The notes under the pieces: model-generated
The model's input: only the letters and a program-made list of their open reading frames with translations
What the model was told of the DNA's origin: nothing
Database searches by the model: none
Source: the human T2T-CHM13v2.0 reference genome, Homo sapiens
DNA length: 64,000 bases
NCBI RefSeq assembly: GCF_009914755.1
Contig: NC_060947.1
Direction: 5' to 3' (one strand)
In this document: positions 24,440 to 39,024 of the stretch, one piece after another
How positions within the stretch are numbered: position 1 is the first letter of the stretch
Layout: each line of letters opens with the position of its first letter
Translations under genes and position numbers: made by a program

Positions 24440-25340
24440 GAATATGGCAATGGAGATGTCCAGTTGCAAGCTGAACATGCTTGGTTTGGAATTCTGTAGT
24501 GAGGTTATGACTATAGATAGAAACTTTGGAGTTACAGGCATAAAACTACAGATGTGAACATGCCTGATATTATCCAGAAAGAGCCTATGGAGTCTAAAAA
24601 GCAGGTGGTGAGGATAGGTTCCTGAATATCATGAACATTTTAGGATTATTCACACTGAAGAACCTGTAAAGGGAGTAAGAGGAAATAGCCATAATGATAG
24701 AGGAAAACAAGGAGAAAGGAGTATCATAGAAATTGAGGAAGGACAATCTCACGAAGACAGTGGGCCACAGTGCAAAATATCAAAGAGAGATGAAGTAAGA
24801 TAGGGAAAGCAAAGTGACTGGAGCCTTTGGAAATACTGATCGCATTGATAAATTGGGAAGACAGGGTCTTCTATTTCAAGGGAATGGAAGGGGTCGTTGA
24901 GAAGCCAGATGATTGTAATTTGGGGACAATGGGCAGTAAATAAGCAGAGGCAGTAAATAACTACAGACTACTATTATGATGACTCTTAGCTATAAAGAAA
25001 ATGGCATGATGACTAGAGAGACTTACGTTATTGACAAAGAATATAGAGATGTTATCTGATGGAACAAGTTTCTTAGGAGACAGAAGAAACAGAAGGGGAG
25101 AAATTTGTCATGTGGAGAAGAAGGGAGCCCTCTTCCATTGAGTTATGAGTGAGGAAGTAAAAGATATGTGGACATGAAGATACACAGTATGGGAAAAGTA
25201 AGGAAGTTGTACTAATTTCTCGACTTACGGCTTCCATTTTCTCAGTGAAGTGAGAGGCTAAGTCTGCTAACACCGAAAGAGAAAGTGGAATGTTAGGAGA
25301 TTTGAGGTAAAAAAAATATAAGTCTGGAGTGGACATTGAA
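24440..25340 (-). mobile_element. L2 relics
   Basis: ggagatgtccagttgcaagctgaacatg and gcttccattttctcagtgaagtgagaggc motifs. Confidence 0.55.
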
Positions 25341-27289
25341 GAGCAACGTAAAGGAATCTGAGATCTTCTCTGTCTTCATGGTGACTAAAAATTATTGGAC
25401 AATAATTAACACCCTACCACAATGTGGAAACTATAAATTTATTGTAACTTCATATAATGATTGTGCAACACTCTTTCAATATCCAGATCAAATGGTTCTT
25501 CCACAGTGAAAATTCCTGTGATCCAAAAAAGCACTGTTTAGCAGTCCTTATTTATGGCACCGCTATACCTATGATGTATCTCTATAATTGCACTTAGAAT
25601 AATATATAATGAATATAAATTATTTGTGCTACATGCTGCCCTCCATCCATATATTGAGCTTCTTAAAGGCATGTCTGTATTTTGGGATATCTCAACAAAT
25701 GTTTGTTGAATGAATAAGTAATCAATAATCCTCTTGAGATAGTGCATGTCCAAATGTGTATTTACAATGTTATTACTAATATATCTTTCTCAAAATACCT
25801 TCCCAGAAACTGCTCCAGCCCAGGTATCCTGACTATATAGCTTAGCTTTGTCAGAATGTGCTCAGTGCAATCAGAAGGAGAGTGAAATTTTGGTAGACAG
25901 CAAAGTAGATTAGTCTCAGATGTTCAAATTTCTGGTTTGGAAACTCAGAAAAGAACCATGTATTATAAACATGAGATTGTAGTACAAAGATAATTCTCTA
26001 CATAATTTTTAAATGAAAACCTCTTTTTTCACATTTTATTTTAAGAAAATTAATTTTCTATTATACATCTTACTGGTCAATCTATTAAAACCCATAACCA
26101 AAAACAATAAACGATTACTTTTAAAAGAGACTTATCCTTGAATTTTTTTTTTTTAGAAAACATCACATTGTGATAGTTTCTCAAACAATCAATGAGCAAA
26201 GATAGTTCTTTCAGCCTCAAGGAAATGGACAGCAGCTCAATCCGTGTGATCTCACTCATTAGGCTGAATGTTAGCTGCCTTTGGAAAAAATATGCCAGGT
26301 TTGAATGATGTGGGGTATAATAAAGTTTTATCATGAAAATAATTTTAACCCAAATTAGGTCATTTATATATTTTAATAGCAGTTTAAATTTACTCATTCA
26401 CATTGTGCAGATTATGGTCGCTCTTCTCTCACAATTATTTTGCAACCTTGTTTAGCATATGTGACTGATAGTGGGTGAATTGATTTTTCAAGGATAAGTT
26501 AGTAGGATCTTTCCGTAAAAATCCAGGTGATGATGGAAAAATTATTTTTAAAAAAGCACACAGATATTGTCCATGTTGACAGTTATATCTATTATTTTAT
26601 GCTAACAGATTCTTTAGCAGCCTAGTGATTAAAAAGCTTGGTTTCTGTTAAAAAGTAGTTTCAAATTAATTATTTACTGTACTTACCAGTCCCTTTCAGC
26701 TGATGATATACTGCTAAATTAATATTTCACATAAATTCTGCACTGAAATTTATAAGAATAAGTCATTCATCCTGTATCAGATCTCATGGGTGTCTATTAT
26801 TTTTAGGACACCTCTTACCTTATTATCTACCTACCTTTCATTATATGCATACTTTCTGGAAGTTCCACTTAGAATATGAATAATCTTCCATTTTCAAACA
26901 TATAACAGAGAATATTGTTAGGGCTGTCTTATATGACAGGAAAGGAAAAACTTACATACTTTGACATTTAGCTTCCTGTAATATTGTACCCTATTAAAGA
27001 GCATTGAAATGCTATTTATGTTCTGAGTTTCAGCTATACTTTTGCTTATGAAGTTATCTTTCCCCAAACATTCCAGTTTGTTCTTCAATGGAAAAATGCA
27101 AAAAATGTGTTTGAAGATATGCATCATGTTACCTATTGAGAGGGTAAAAGAAAGCTTCAGTCAGAAACAAAAGAGGGTGGCTTATGGAAAGATTTTTTCC
27201 CTAAAATTATTGCATGTAATTAACTGTGAGCAAGCTTGAAGATTCATACATTACTAGTAGAACAAACAGGTTTTCCTTATTTTACCATC

Positions 27290-27860
27290 CATCATTCATT
27301 CATTCATGTAACAGGTATTTGTGAGCACCTACTGTGTGTCTGGCAATGTTACTGGCACTGCAGAAATATCAGTAAACAAATAGGCAAAAACCTTTGCCCT
27401 CATGGATCTTACATACTTGGGGAAGATGGAATGTAAACAAAATAAATAAGTAAATTATGAAGCATATTAGAAGGTAGTAAGCATTAAGAAACAAAAATAA
27501 GCAGACAAGAGGAGGTGAGGAAACATAATTTTATATAGTATCATCAGGGAAAAATTCACTGAGATGGTGCCATTTGAACAAAGATCAGGAAACAACGAAG
27601 TGAAAAATATGGTTATCTTGGGGAAGATAATTTCAAACAGAAGGAAAGGAGATGCAACAGCTCTAAGCTTGCCTCTTTCCAACAGCAAAGAGGACTACAT
27701 TGATGAAGTGGAGTGAGCAAAAATGTTGGAGAAGCTGCAGTCAAAGGAGTAAGGGGTTCAGTTGTATAGAAGCTTGATTTGGCCCTTACCTTTACTGAGA
27801 TGGAAGTCATTGGAGAATTCTTAGCAGAAGAACAACATGATCTGACATAGCACAAAGGAT
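27290..27860 (-). mobile_element. L2a 3' portion
   Basis: cattcattcattcatgtaacaggtatttgtgagcacctactgtgtgtctggca...catgatctgac. Confidence 0.8.
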
Positions 27861-28202
27861 AAAAGTTAGATTTAGCAAATCTTACTAGCTAAGGAAGATT
27901 TCTCTTTGTTTGCCAGCTTCAGTGGGATCTCTACTTCTTTTCAGTAAAATTGGAATCTATGTTAACACCTCTGTTGGGATTACCACTATTTTTTCCTCCC
28001 ACTGCTTCTTTGTAATTATATATTATACTGTAGATTAGCAGGGTAGACAAATTAACTACAAATGCCTAAGAACACACTGCTAAAATCATTAATTCACACT
28101 TCGAAATGATAAGCAAAATGAACATTATAATGTTCATTACTGTGTGGTCACATGCTTTTACAGAATGCAGCTATGTATAGAATAGAATTCAGTTTTTCTT
28201 CA

Positions 28203-30816
28203 AACTTTTGACTCTCCAGAAATGGAACATAAACAGTCAATTAACACAGTCGAAAAAGAGTAGATTTTATATACTAATTACATGCATTATATACTGTATT
28301 CTTACAATAAAGTAAGCTGGAGAAAAAAGGTTAGTAAGAGAATCATAAGGAAGAGAAAATGTATTTACTATTCATTAAGCAGAAGTGGATCATCATAAAG
28401 GTCTGCAACATAAATGTCTGCATACTCACCTTGAGTAGGCTGACGAGGAGGAAAAACAAGAAGGTCTGGTCTTGCTGTGTCAGGAGGGGCAGAGGTGGAA
28501 AGGTGGAAGAGGCAGAAGGGGAGGCAGGAGATGCAGGCACACTCTGTGTACATTTACAGAAATATGTCATAATTTCTTTCTGAATTTTTCACTTTTTCAT
28601 TTCTCTAGGAGTTTTTCTATACAGTACCGATTCTTCTTCCATTATTTGCTTTAGTTTCACTGGCCATATCATAGAAAGGGCAATGTCATAAAAGAAGTCA
28701 AATGCAATCTTGAATCATTGGAACCTTTCTGCCAGATTGCCTTATGTCAATTTCTTTTCTGGCCCTGTTTCTATGTCTTCTTCTTCATTGTCTGGCACTG
28801 GTTTGGAAGCACTAATCTCCATCAAGTCATTTTCTTTTAATTTGTCTGGTGTGGGGTCTGTGAGCTCTAGAGTTTCTCCAAGCCCCATATCTTCAAAGCC
28901 TAAACCCCCCTAAACACATTTTTTTTAACATATTCACAATATCTTTCATGATTTCCCTGGTTAGCTCTGTTGTAAGTCCTGTAAAGTAATGCACGACATC
29001 TGAAAACAGTTTTCTCCAGCAGAAATTTATTGTTTTGGGCTTGATGGCTTTCATGTTTCTTTCTATAACAATAATGGCATCTTCAATGGTGTAATTCTTC
29101 CAGGCTCGCATGACGCTCTCTGTATCCAGGTTCTCTTTCATAGTGTTCACAATCCTTTCCATAGAGAATCACGTGTAATTAGCCTTAAAGGTTCCTATGA
29201 GCCCTGATCTAGAGGCTGAGCTTGACATATTGCATCTGGGGGAAGGAGACCACTTCAACACCTTTGGTGTTGAATTCACGGGGTTTCAAGTATTCGGGGA
29301 CATTGTCCAATATCAAAAGAACTTTAAAAGGCAGTGTCTTACTGTAGAATACTTCCTGAGTTCAGAGACAAAGCATGGAAGGAATCAATTCAAAAACAGG
29401 GTTCTCATTGTCCAGGCCTTCCTACTGTACAACCCAAAAGACTGGCAGCTGGTGCTTATATTTTCTCTTTAAGGCTTAGAGGTCAGCAGCTTTATAGATA
29501 AAGGCAGTCCTGATCATAAACCTGACTGCATTTGCACAAAACAGTAGAGTTAGTCTATCCATTCCTGCCTTACATCCTGGTGCTTGATTCTCCTCTTTAG
29601 TAATAAATATCTTTGGTGGCATTTTTTCAAGAACAGGGCACTTTTCTGCATTATAAATCTGTTCAGTTAGTTATCTCTTCTCCTCACTGTTTTTTTTAAT
29701 GGCATCTAGGAATTTGTCTGTTGCTTCTTGATTGGCAGAAGCTGCGTCTTCTGTTATTGTTACATATTTTCATCCATACTTCTTTCTAAATTTATCAAAC
29801 CTTCCTTCGCTGGCATTAAATACTTCAGCTTCCGATTCTTCATTTTCCTTTTGCTTTAAATTGTCATATAATGACTTTGCTTTTTCTCAAATTATATTAA
29901 ATTGTGTAGGTCTGCCTTTTTTAGTAACAATTCTGCACCCACATAAAAGCTGCATTTTCAGTGCAAGACAAAAAGATATTTCACAAAATGTGAAAGGTTT
30001 TCACATCTGCTGGGATACCAGTAACAATGGCTTCATGTGTTTCTTTTTCTTTTTTTACAGTGCTCCTTATGCTGGATCCATTTACCTTTAAATGGCAGGC
30101 AACTGCAGCTGCAGACCTCAATCTACGGTACATATCAAGCAAATCAACTTTTTCTTGTAATATAATAACTTTTTTCTGCTTCTTGGTAGCACTTCCAGCA
30201 TCATCAGTGGCACATCATATGAATCCCATGTTGTTACTAAAACGGTGTTACACTAAACATGATGAAAATATGCAAGAACCATGAGAAATCCCTTTTTACT
30301 GTGACGCACAATTTACTAAGGAGACAAGCTGCTCATGTGGAGATGATCAGCAGCACAGGGCATTTTAAGTGAATGCTGACAACACGAGCTCACTGCAACA
30401 GCAACAGAAGGTGGCTATGAAATTGTAGTAGTGCACCACATACTACAGTTAATTTTATGGAGTTGTGATTTAATAACATATCTTTATGTTTGTCTACTTT
30501 CAACCGCAAATGACACTATGTAAGGTCTGTAAGTGGTTGTATGAATAAGTTTTGATGTATTTTAACTTTTTATAACAGATTTGTGTGTATTTTATGGTGA
30601 TAAATAATAAAATAGACAAGTATCTAGGTATTTTATGCATTTGCAACATACATAACTTTTTGTTATTTTTTTCTATATGTCTAAGATATGTGGCTTGTCT
30701 GTGAGTTTTTTCAAATTGTTGCAAATCTCCAAAATATATTCCAACATATTTATTGAAAAAATCTGTATGTAAGTGGATCCGCACAGGTCAAAACCATATT
30801 GTTCAAAGGTCAACTG
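28203..30816 (-). mobile_element. Tigger2 DNA transposon, near full length, one TIR missing
   Basis: TIR TTGTTCAAAGGTCAACTG+TA at the right end; transposase remnant ORF 28893-29162 (WKNYTIEDAIIVIE...KTINFCWRKL). Confidence 0.87.
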
Positions 30817-31489
30817 TATATCAGGGTTGATTTTACAAAAGTTAAGAAAGAAGAGAAAGATCTAGTAAAATAATTAAAAGAAGAAAAAGGAAGAGATCTG
30901 TGTTACAGACCAACGAAGTCCTAAATAGAAACATTTTAAGGGTTATTTTCCTGAGACATCACTTTTGCTATTCTAGCCTCTGGTGAACAAAATCCAGTGT
31001 GCCAAAACACTCGTGTTAAAGTAGATTACTCTATCATACATTTATTAGTTACTTTAATTTAAATCTTAAATAAAAGAGATATACATGCCGCTAATTAATT
31101 GATGGTGCAGATATCTCAAGACTCAATATAGAAGTCTGAACAATTATATTTGGCAATTAGTGCCAGGTAGACAGACATGGATAGGTAAACAGTTAAGTCT
31201 ACCAAGTTAGCAGCTCCTTTCAACTTCCTTGCTCTTTCTAACGAAGTCACTTTCTTTAGCAATTTTGCTCACTACTCTTCTCAGGTTTCAATATGCATGG
31301 CTAAAAATTTACTATCAAAACTTCTTCATTGTACTACTAGGTTTCTGGTTTTTTTGAATTTTTAAGAGTAATTTTAAGAGTGTTCCCTTAAAATGAATCA
31401 ATAATCATATAACACCAGAAAATCTGACAAGCTATGAGGAAGATTCTGTAGAAGATCCTTAACTATGCATCCAAATTCACATACAACCC

Positions 31490-31720
31490 AGTACATTGTG
31501 GTGGTGATGGGTATGATCTTAAGCTTTGAAGTCAGACAGATGTGGATTTGAATCCAGGCTCCAACAGTTACTTTGTGACCCTGGACATTTAACCTCTATT
31601 TTACACAACCATAAAACAGGGATGGCAATATATAGGGCCTATATATATTTTTGCAATTTGTATTAAGGGAAATGTATATAAAGTCTCAGGCAGGAAGAGT
31701 TAGTAATTATTATTAATGTT
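31490..31720 (+). mobile_element. MIR
   Basis: gctttgaagtcagacagatgtggatttgaatccaggctcc...tgtgaccctggac. Confidence 0.75.
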
Positions 31721-31737
31721 ATGATTATTTCACCAGA

Positions 31738-31890
31738 AGATTAAATTCCACCAGCTTGTAATAGCATATATTGTCTTCTATTCAGGGCCCACTTAAAGTG
31801 CTTTGCGATCTTGAAGAGTTTCAAATAGTACCTGGAACATTATATGTGCTAAGTGCTAGTTAAGTGTCTGTTAAATAAATTAATTAAATA
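31738..31890 (+). mobile_element. L2 3'-end relic
   Basis: aatagtacctggaacattatatgtgctaagt...gttaaataaattaat. Confidence 0.45.
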
Positions 31891-32024
31891 AGCTTCTTTT
31901 TAAAGAAAGGGTTTGGAGATTAAGGAGAATACCTAAACCAGTCCTTCTCTTCTATTATCACTGTAAAATACTTACCTAGTATTGTCAATGGGCTATGAAA
32001 AGGGGTCTGGCTCTTATCGCCTAT

Positions 32025-32308
32025 TTTTTCTTTTTCTTTTTTTTTTTTTTTGAGACAGAGTTTGCCCTTGTTGCCCAGCCTGGAGTGCAATGGCGCGATC
32101 TCGGCTTGCCACAACCTCTGCCTCCTGAGTTCAAGTGATTCTTCTGCCTCAGCCTCCTGAGTAGCTGGGATTACAGGCATGCACCACCACGCCTAGCTTA
32201 TTTCGTAATTATAGTAGAGATGGGGTTTCTCCATGTTGGTCAGGCTGCTTTTGAACTCCTGACCTCAGGTGATCCACCCGCCTTGGCCTCCCAAAGTGCT
32301 GGGATTAC
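32025..32308 (-). mobile_element. AluS (Sp/Sq-like), slightly 5'-truncated
   Basis: T-rich tail, then gagacagagtttgcccttgttgcccag...aaagtgctgggattac. Confidence 0.92.
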
Positions 32309-32348
32309 TTGCCTCAAACCTTTGGCCTGGGCTTCTTGATTATATACT

Positions 32349-32723
32349 TGATATGGTTTGGCTGTGTCCCCACCAAAATCTCATTCTGAATTGCAGTTCC
32401 CATAATCCCCACATGTCATAGGAGGGACCAGATGGAGATAATTGAGTCGTGGGATCGGTTTGCCCCATCCTGTTCTCATGGTAGTGAGTGAGTTTTCACA
32501 AGATCTGATGGTTTTATAAGGGGCTCACCCCTTTGCTGGACACTCATTTCTCTCTCCTGCCACCATGTGAAGAAGGATGTGTTTGCTTCCCTTTCCAGCA
32601 TAATTGTAAGTTTCCTGAGGCCTCCCCAGCCTTGTGGAACGGTGAGTCAATTAAATCTCTTTCCTTTATAAATTACCCAGTCTCAGGCAGTTCTTTATAG
32701 CAGTGTGAGAACAGACTAATACA
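32349..32723 (+). mobile_element. THE1D-like solo LTR
   Basis: TGATATGGTTTGGCTGTGTCCCC...GACTAATACA; perfect TSD ATACT at 32344-32348 and 32724-32728. Confidence 0.93.
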
Positions 32724-34489
32724 ATACTACCACTGTGAAAACGCTCAGAGATGTTGCCATTTTAGAAACAAGAGTATAGAAGGCTAGAACAAGTTAAGAA
32801 ACTGAGCTATTTGCAAACAAGGAATATGTTGTTTTCTTTTTTTATGCTTAAGACTGAGGCATTTCTTGATGAATGAATCAACACATCAGTGAATGAATAC
32901 ATGAATAAATAAAACAGAAAAGGGGCTTAATTTTGAGTAGATGAGAGTATCTTCAGAAAGTTTATGGATAACGGGACATTCCTTAAATTCTTATATGATG
33001 TACCATTCAAGAAGCTTCATTCTATTCCAGACCTTTCTGTTTTTAGCATATAGAATATAGTGCTAATATAACACTTACTTCTAAATCAAGAATGATCTTA
33101 TTTAAAATGTCTATGATTTAATTAGGAAATATGCTAATGATGATTTCAAGGAATCTGCTACATCATCCCTTCATATTCACACTACTAAAGAGATATATAG
33201 TTTGTATTTGATCAGTAATACTAGGATACATTATAGAGTCTGTAGAGCTTCTTGCTGTATGGTGAAATTCTCAAAGTGTGAAGGTATATCTTATTTTTAT
33301 TTACATCCTCAGTGCTGAAGAGTTTCCCTAACATATAGTTGTTCTTCAACAATATTTATTGGATAAAAAAAGAATATTAAGATTCAATAAGCTCTGGATA
33401 GCAAGGCAAAATTGCCTTAAGAATATCCAATACACTACAAACTGTAAAGTTGTTTTTCTTTTAAAATGCACTACATAAATATGTCATTCAAACATTTAAA
33501 AATATATAATTAAACACATTAACATATTGGCTTGTCATGTTACAAGATTATAATAGGTAATATGTATTTTTTAAATTCCCCTCTGTAAATATTGTTCCTT
33601 AAGACTGCTGCCACTCAAGGAAACATGCATCCTGAGAATAGTACTTTTTTTTGGTCAATCATCTTTTTCTCTGCTTTAAGATAAAGCCAGTAAATATTTT
33701 CCTGTTTTCTACAAGGAATAAGAATGAAAGATTCTATATTTAGGTAATTTCCCCTGTCTCCAATTGATCTTTATAATTCACATTTTACAAGTGCACCCCT
33801 CTTTTCATCAACATTTTGAAACATTTGAAACAGTTCTTTTTCCTTCCACCTAGAAATTAGTGGAGTACACAATCCTATTTTCTGATTCATAATATTATGA
33901 CTTTCTTTGAAAAAGTCACCATTTTTTCTGAGTCAGCATTTCAAACAGGTGTACCCTTTTTTCTTTTTAAATAGTATTTGTCTTTTTAGTGCAAATTGTT
34001 TTAAATAGGGTTTTTTCTAATATTATAGTTCTTTCCTACTAGATAGAACCAGAAGTTATATCCCCACATCCTAAGGATGGGTTACTAATTTCAAATGCTT
34101 TGCTAAACAGAAAATTTTCACATTTAAGTTCCATGCTACCTGGTGGAAATGACAAGAAAGGTTATATTTTGAGCCTAATATTCAAATCAGTCACTCGGCT
34201 TTTCACATATCTCTTGCTAATGACGCTGTTTATTTTATTAGACAAATTATATAATGCCATAAAACAGGGGACCTTCTCCAGGTATTTTCTCCTATGGGAG
34301 ACTAGCTGATAAAGTATGGTATAACCATAACATTGTGGTTTCTTCCAAGATAAGGATTTCCACAGTGTTTTTCACATAAAGAGTCCTAGAGCTAAGTTTC
34401 ACTTAATAAAATAAGAGGCAACTTAAAATGATGGTTAAAAAAAAGATACTCATTACAACATGATGTAGTGATGTAGTGGTGGAAAATAA

Positions 34490-34902
<413 letters not shown>

Positions 34903-35065
34903 TTAACTGGGTAATGGCGTGTTCTCCTGGACTTTGTAAAAACATTGTAAATATTGACATATATTTGAAAATACATTATAAGCTATATTAAATTTTAGAA
35001 TATGTAAGGGGCAGCAGTAGTATCTGAAGTCAATATCTTTCACTTTTTATTTTTTTTTTCTGAAG

Positions 35066-35147
35066 GTTCATCCTATAGTTAATGCTTTGGTAAGTAAAGA
35101 GGATAGGGTACTGGGTCCTGCAACTTAGCTCTGAGTTCTCAGCTAAG
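35066..35147 (+). other. Candidate exon with two alternative donors
   Basis: Long T tract then ctgaAG at 35065; GTAAGT donors at 35090 and 35148. Confidence 0.25.
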
Positions 35148-35483
35148 GTAAGTAGTTAGTGCTTCATGCAAACAGTGGTATAGAATAACTTCACTCCAGT
35201 TACTTATTAGGGAGGATCGTCTTAAACTCTGCCTCTCAACATTATAAATATATATATGAAAAATGTATCCATTATTTAAGTAGCATTTTCTGAAGAATAT
35301 GCTGCTCATCATTCCTCAAGTGCAGTCATTTCTGCTAAAATATTTTTTGAAAACATGAATTTGTTCCAACACGATTGATATATTAGGGAACAATTTGAAC
35401 ATAAAGAGGATTTCGCATTGTATTAAGCTCTGAAAATCTCTCGGTAAACACAGAAAACTGCACCCAGCATAATAATATAAAAA

Positions 35484-35488
<5 letters not shown>

Positions 35489-35522
<34 letters not shown>
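35489..35522. repeat. (CA)n microsatellite
   Basis: About 17 perfect CA units. Confidence 0.95.
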
Positions 35523-35525
<3 letters not shown>

Positions 35526-35824
35526 CAATTCACTGGAAACCTCAGTTTATTATGTATGTTATCCTACAAGTTTATGTCTTGCCATTCTTTTGTATTTGAG
35601 GATATTTTTATACTAAATAAAAAGTAAACATCCAAAATGTATAAATATTTTGGTTCAAAAATACCAAGTAGTGCATAAAAAGAAAAAATTTAAGTACTGA
35701 GGAAAAGCTTGAATAATGAAGTGCTTCACATTGAGAGAACATGATGTTTCCCAAGCAACAGACAGAAATCCACTCTGTGACCCCTTAGAGATAATAAGCA
35801 AGAAAAAACAAATGTATATGACTC

Positions 35825-36561
35825 TGTGATATAATAAAAATCTATTTGGTCTTTGTTTTTGGTTCCTGGAACAGGGCTCCTATAATCTATGAAATTTCCT
35901 GGGAAACTGGAGTGTCATTTTAAAACACCTAAGTTTATGCTAATGAATTGATTTAGTGTGGGGCTCCTAGGTAGCCTCAGGAGGGGGCAGGTCACCAGAA
36001 GGACCAAGTAATTTGAGGGGTGGAAATTCTACCCTAACCATTGGCCTCTGAGGAGATGAGCAGGAGACTGGTGATTTGACCCTATGAATCTTCTTGAACC
36101 ATGTGATTCAGGGAGCTTCTTCTGGGTGGGTGAACACTTCATGGTGCTGTGAGGGTGGCGTGCCTGAACAGGGCATGGTAGTTGCACAGCATCCCCTCCT
36201 CAATACCTTGCCCTGTGCATCTCTTCTATTTCGCTGTTTCTGAGTTTTATCCTTTAAAATAAAATAGTAAACATAAGTAGTGTTTTTCTGACTTCTGTGA
36301 GTTGTTCTAGCAAATTGTCCAACCTGAGAAGGATGTCATAGGAACCCCTGAATTATAGCCAGTCAGTCAAAAGTACGGGTGGCCCCCAGGAGTTGCAGCT
36401 GGCATCTGAAATGAAAGCAGTTTGAGGAACCAAGCCCTTTAATCTGTGGGATATGATGCCAAATTCAGGTAGATAATATCAAAATTAAATTTGAGTTGTT
36501 GGGCATCCAGTTGGTGTGAGAGACTCAGAGAATTGGTTGTTGGTGTACAAAAACTTTACAC
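35825..36561 (+). mobile_element. MER21-family LTR (MER21C-like)
   Basis: TGTGATATAATAAAAATCTATTTGGTC start; cacctaagtttatgctaatga, ggtcaccagaaggaccaag, ccttgccctgtgcatctctt and caggtagataat motifs. Confidence 0.8.
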
Positions 36562-36737
36562 AGGCAGGAACCACTTGAAGTACTGCTGCAAAGTCAGTAA
36601 CAACAAGGCCACAATAAATTAAGGAAATGAAAAGATTGTTGAGCATATAAATTCTAGTCTCAACAGTGAAAAATATTGGGAACAATTGTCTCATAAAAAT
36701 AAAAGACTGTCTATAGATAACATCCTTAAACAGAATA

Positions 36738-37067
<330 letters not shown>

Positions 37068-37267
37068 AAACAGAGTTTGCTAAATCCTGCAGAAGTGACT
37101 TCTTTTATCTCGGAAAATGAGTCCTAGGGGTGGCTATTTTAGTGTTGTCAAACATCTCTACAATTCTCAAAGCCTTCAGCTGTCTGGATAAGCTATGGGT
37201 GCACATGAGACATCCACAACATAATTCCCAGCAATGATTCACAATTTACTTGAAGAAGTCTATATGC

Positions 37268-37430
37268 CAAATCAGATTTACAATTTTTATGAAATACGTG
37301 TCTATTATAAATTTAAACCTTAAAAACCTACACCTGAAATGCAGAAAAACATGCCCAGGATTTAAGGCTGTGAAAGATTTTTAACTGCGGCATTTGGAAA
37401 CAATGCCAAACCCAGGACAATGAGCCGTGC
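37268..37430 (+). repeat. Direct duplication copy 1 (~163 bp); copy 2 at 38327-38441 plus 39035-39082
   Basis: gtgtctattataaatttaaaccttaaaaacctacacc, aaatgcagaaaaacatgcccaggattta and catttggaaacaatgYcaaacccaggacaatgagcc each occur twice. Confidence 0.92.
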
Positions 37431-37785
37431 TGATATGATTTGCCTGTGTGCCCACACCAATCTCACCTTGAATTGTAATAATCCTCGCATGTCAAGGGTG
37501 GGGCCAGGTGGAGATAATTGAATCACGGGGGCAGTTTCCCCCATACTATTCTCAGGGTAGTGAGTAAGTTTCACAAGATCTGCTGGTTTTATAAATGAGA
37601 GTTCCCCTGAACAAACCCTCTGTTACCTGCCACCAAGTAATATGTATCTTGCCCCTCCTTGCCTTCCACCATGATTGTGAGGCCTCCTCAGCCATGTGGA
37701 ACTGTGAGTTCATTAAACCTCTTTTCTTTATAATTACCCAGTCTCAGGTATGCCTTTATAGGCAGCCTGAGAACAGACTAATACA
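37431..37785 (+). mobile_element. THE1C-like solo LTR
   Basis: TGATATGATTTG...GACTAATACA. Confidence 0.9.
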
Positions 37786-37799
37786 CACACCTATCCACA

Positions 37800-38112
37800 T
37801 CTCCTGCTACAACTTTGCATTTGCTTTCAGATAATCACCCCACACAACCTCACAATAACTCACAAGCTGCAATCCTTCTGAAACCTACTTCCACAAGGTA
37901 AAGTGCCATATTATAGCATTTATGTGAAATTGTGCTACCACGTATATTAGATTTCTATTATTTATTTTTTATGTGTCACTGAAAAAGTGTTTGAATATTG
38001 TGCCCAAACCTCATTTTTCTCATGAGCCCTCAGGTTTTTCTTATACAATTTTGGAAAAAAAAATATGGTGTTTTTTAGAATACTATAAGTTGTGTTATAG
38101 AAGAACTAACTA
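37800..38112. mobile_element. Possible old Tigger-type DNA transposon fragment
   Basis: ttgtgcccaaacctcatttttctcatgagccct...gttatagaagaactaact resembles ancient Tigger termini; family uncertain. Confidence 0.3.
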
Positions 38113-38453
38113 AACATTAAAATCTATCATAAGGGGAAGCCAGTCAATGAGAGAGCTGTATGATGGGGCCAAATCATTTTTATTTCCCCAAAATTGCTTT
38201 CCCTATACTGGCCATGGCATTAGGAAATCAACCTACAGTGAAGGACATTATAAGAAACTATCCTCTGAAATTCATTATTCTATTCACTGTAAGAATGTTG
38301 TTGAATATGATGCTTACCACATTACACAAATCAAATTTTCAATTTTGATGAAATGGGTGTCTATTATAAATTTAAACCTTAAAAACCTACACCCAAAATG
38401 CAGAAAAACATGCCCAGGATTTAGGGTGGTGAAATATTCTTCTTTTTTTTTTT

Positions 38454-39024
38454 GAACTAGAAATACCATTTGACCCAGCCATCGCATTACTGGGTATATA
38501 CCCAAAGGATTATAAATCATGCTGCTATAAAGACACATGCACATATATGTTGATTGCAGCACTATTCACAATAGCAAAGACTTGAAACCAACCCAAATGT
38601 CCAACAATGATAGGCTGGATTAAGAAAATGTGGCACATATACACCATGGAATACTATGCAGCCACAAAAAAAGATGAGCTCATGTCCTTTGCAGGGACAT
38701 GGATGAAGCTGGAAACCATCATTCTCAGCAAACTATCGCAAGGACAAAAATCAAACACCACATGTTCTCACTCATAGGTGGGAATTGAACAATGACAACA
38801 CTTGACCACAGGAAAGGAAACATCACACACTGGGGCCTGTTGTGGGGTGGGGGGAGCGGGGAGGGATAGCATAGGAGATATACCTAATGTAAATGACGAG
38901 TTAATGGGTGCAGCATACCAACATGACACATGTATACTAACTAACTAACCTGTACGTTGTGCTATGTAACTAACCTGCACGTTGTGCACATGTACCCTAG
39001 AACTTAAAGTATAATAATAAAAAA
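38454..39024 (+). mobile_element. L1PA4-like 3' fragment
   Basis: gaactagaaataccatttgacccagcc...aacttaaagtataataat(A)n; TSD aaatattctt/aaagattctt at 38432-38441 and 39025-39034. Confidence 0.93.

Noticed and set aside
26077-26397. 106-aa minus-strand ORF in unique sequence
   Set aside because: Composition typical of random AT-rich DNA, no recognisable domain, no convincing splice pair
26682-26720. Minus-strand CTG|GTAAGT donor suggesting a micro-exon
   Set aside because: The upstream acceptor lacks a pyrimidine tract, and an isolated donor is expected by chance
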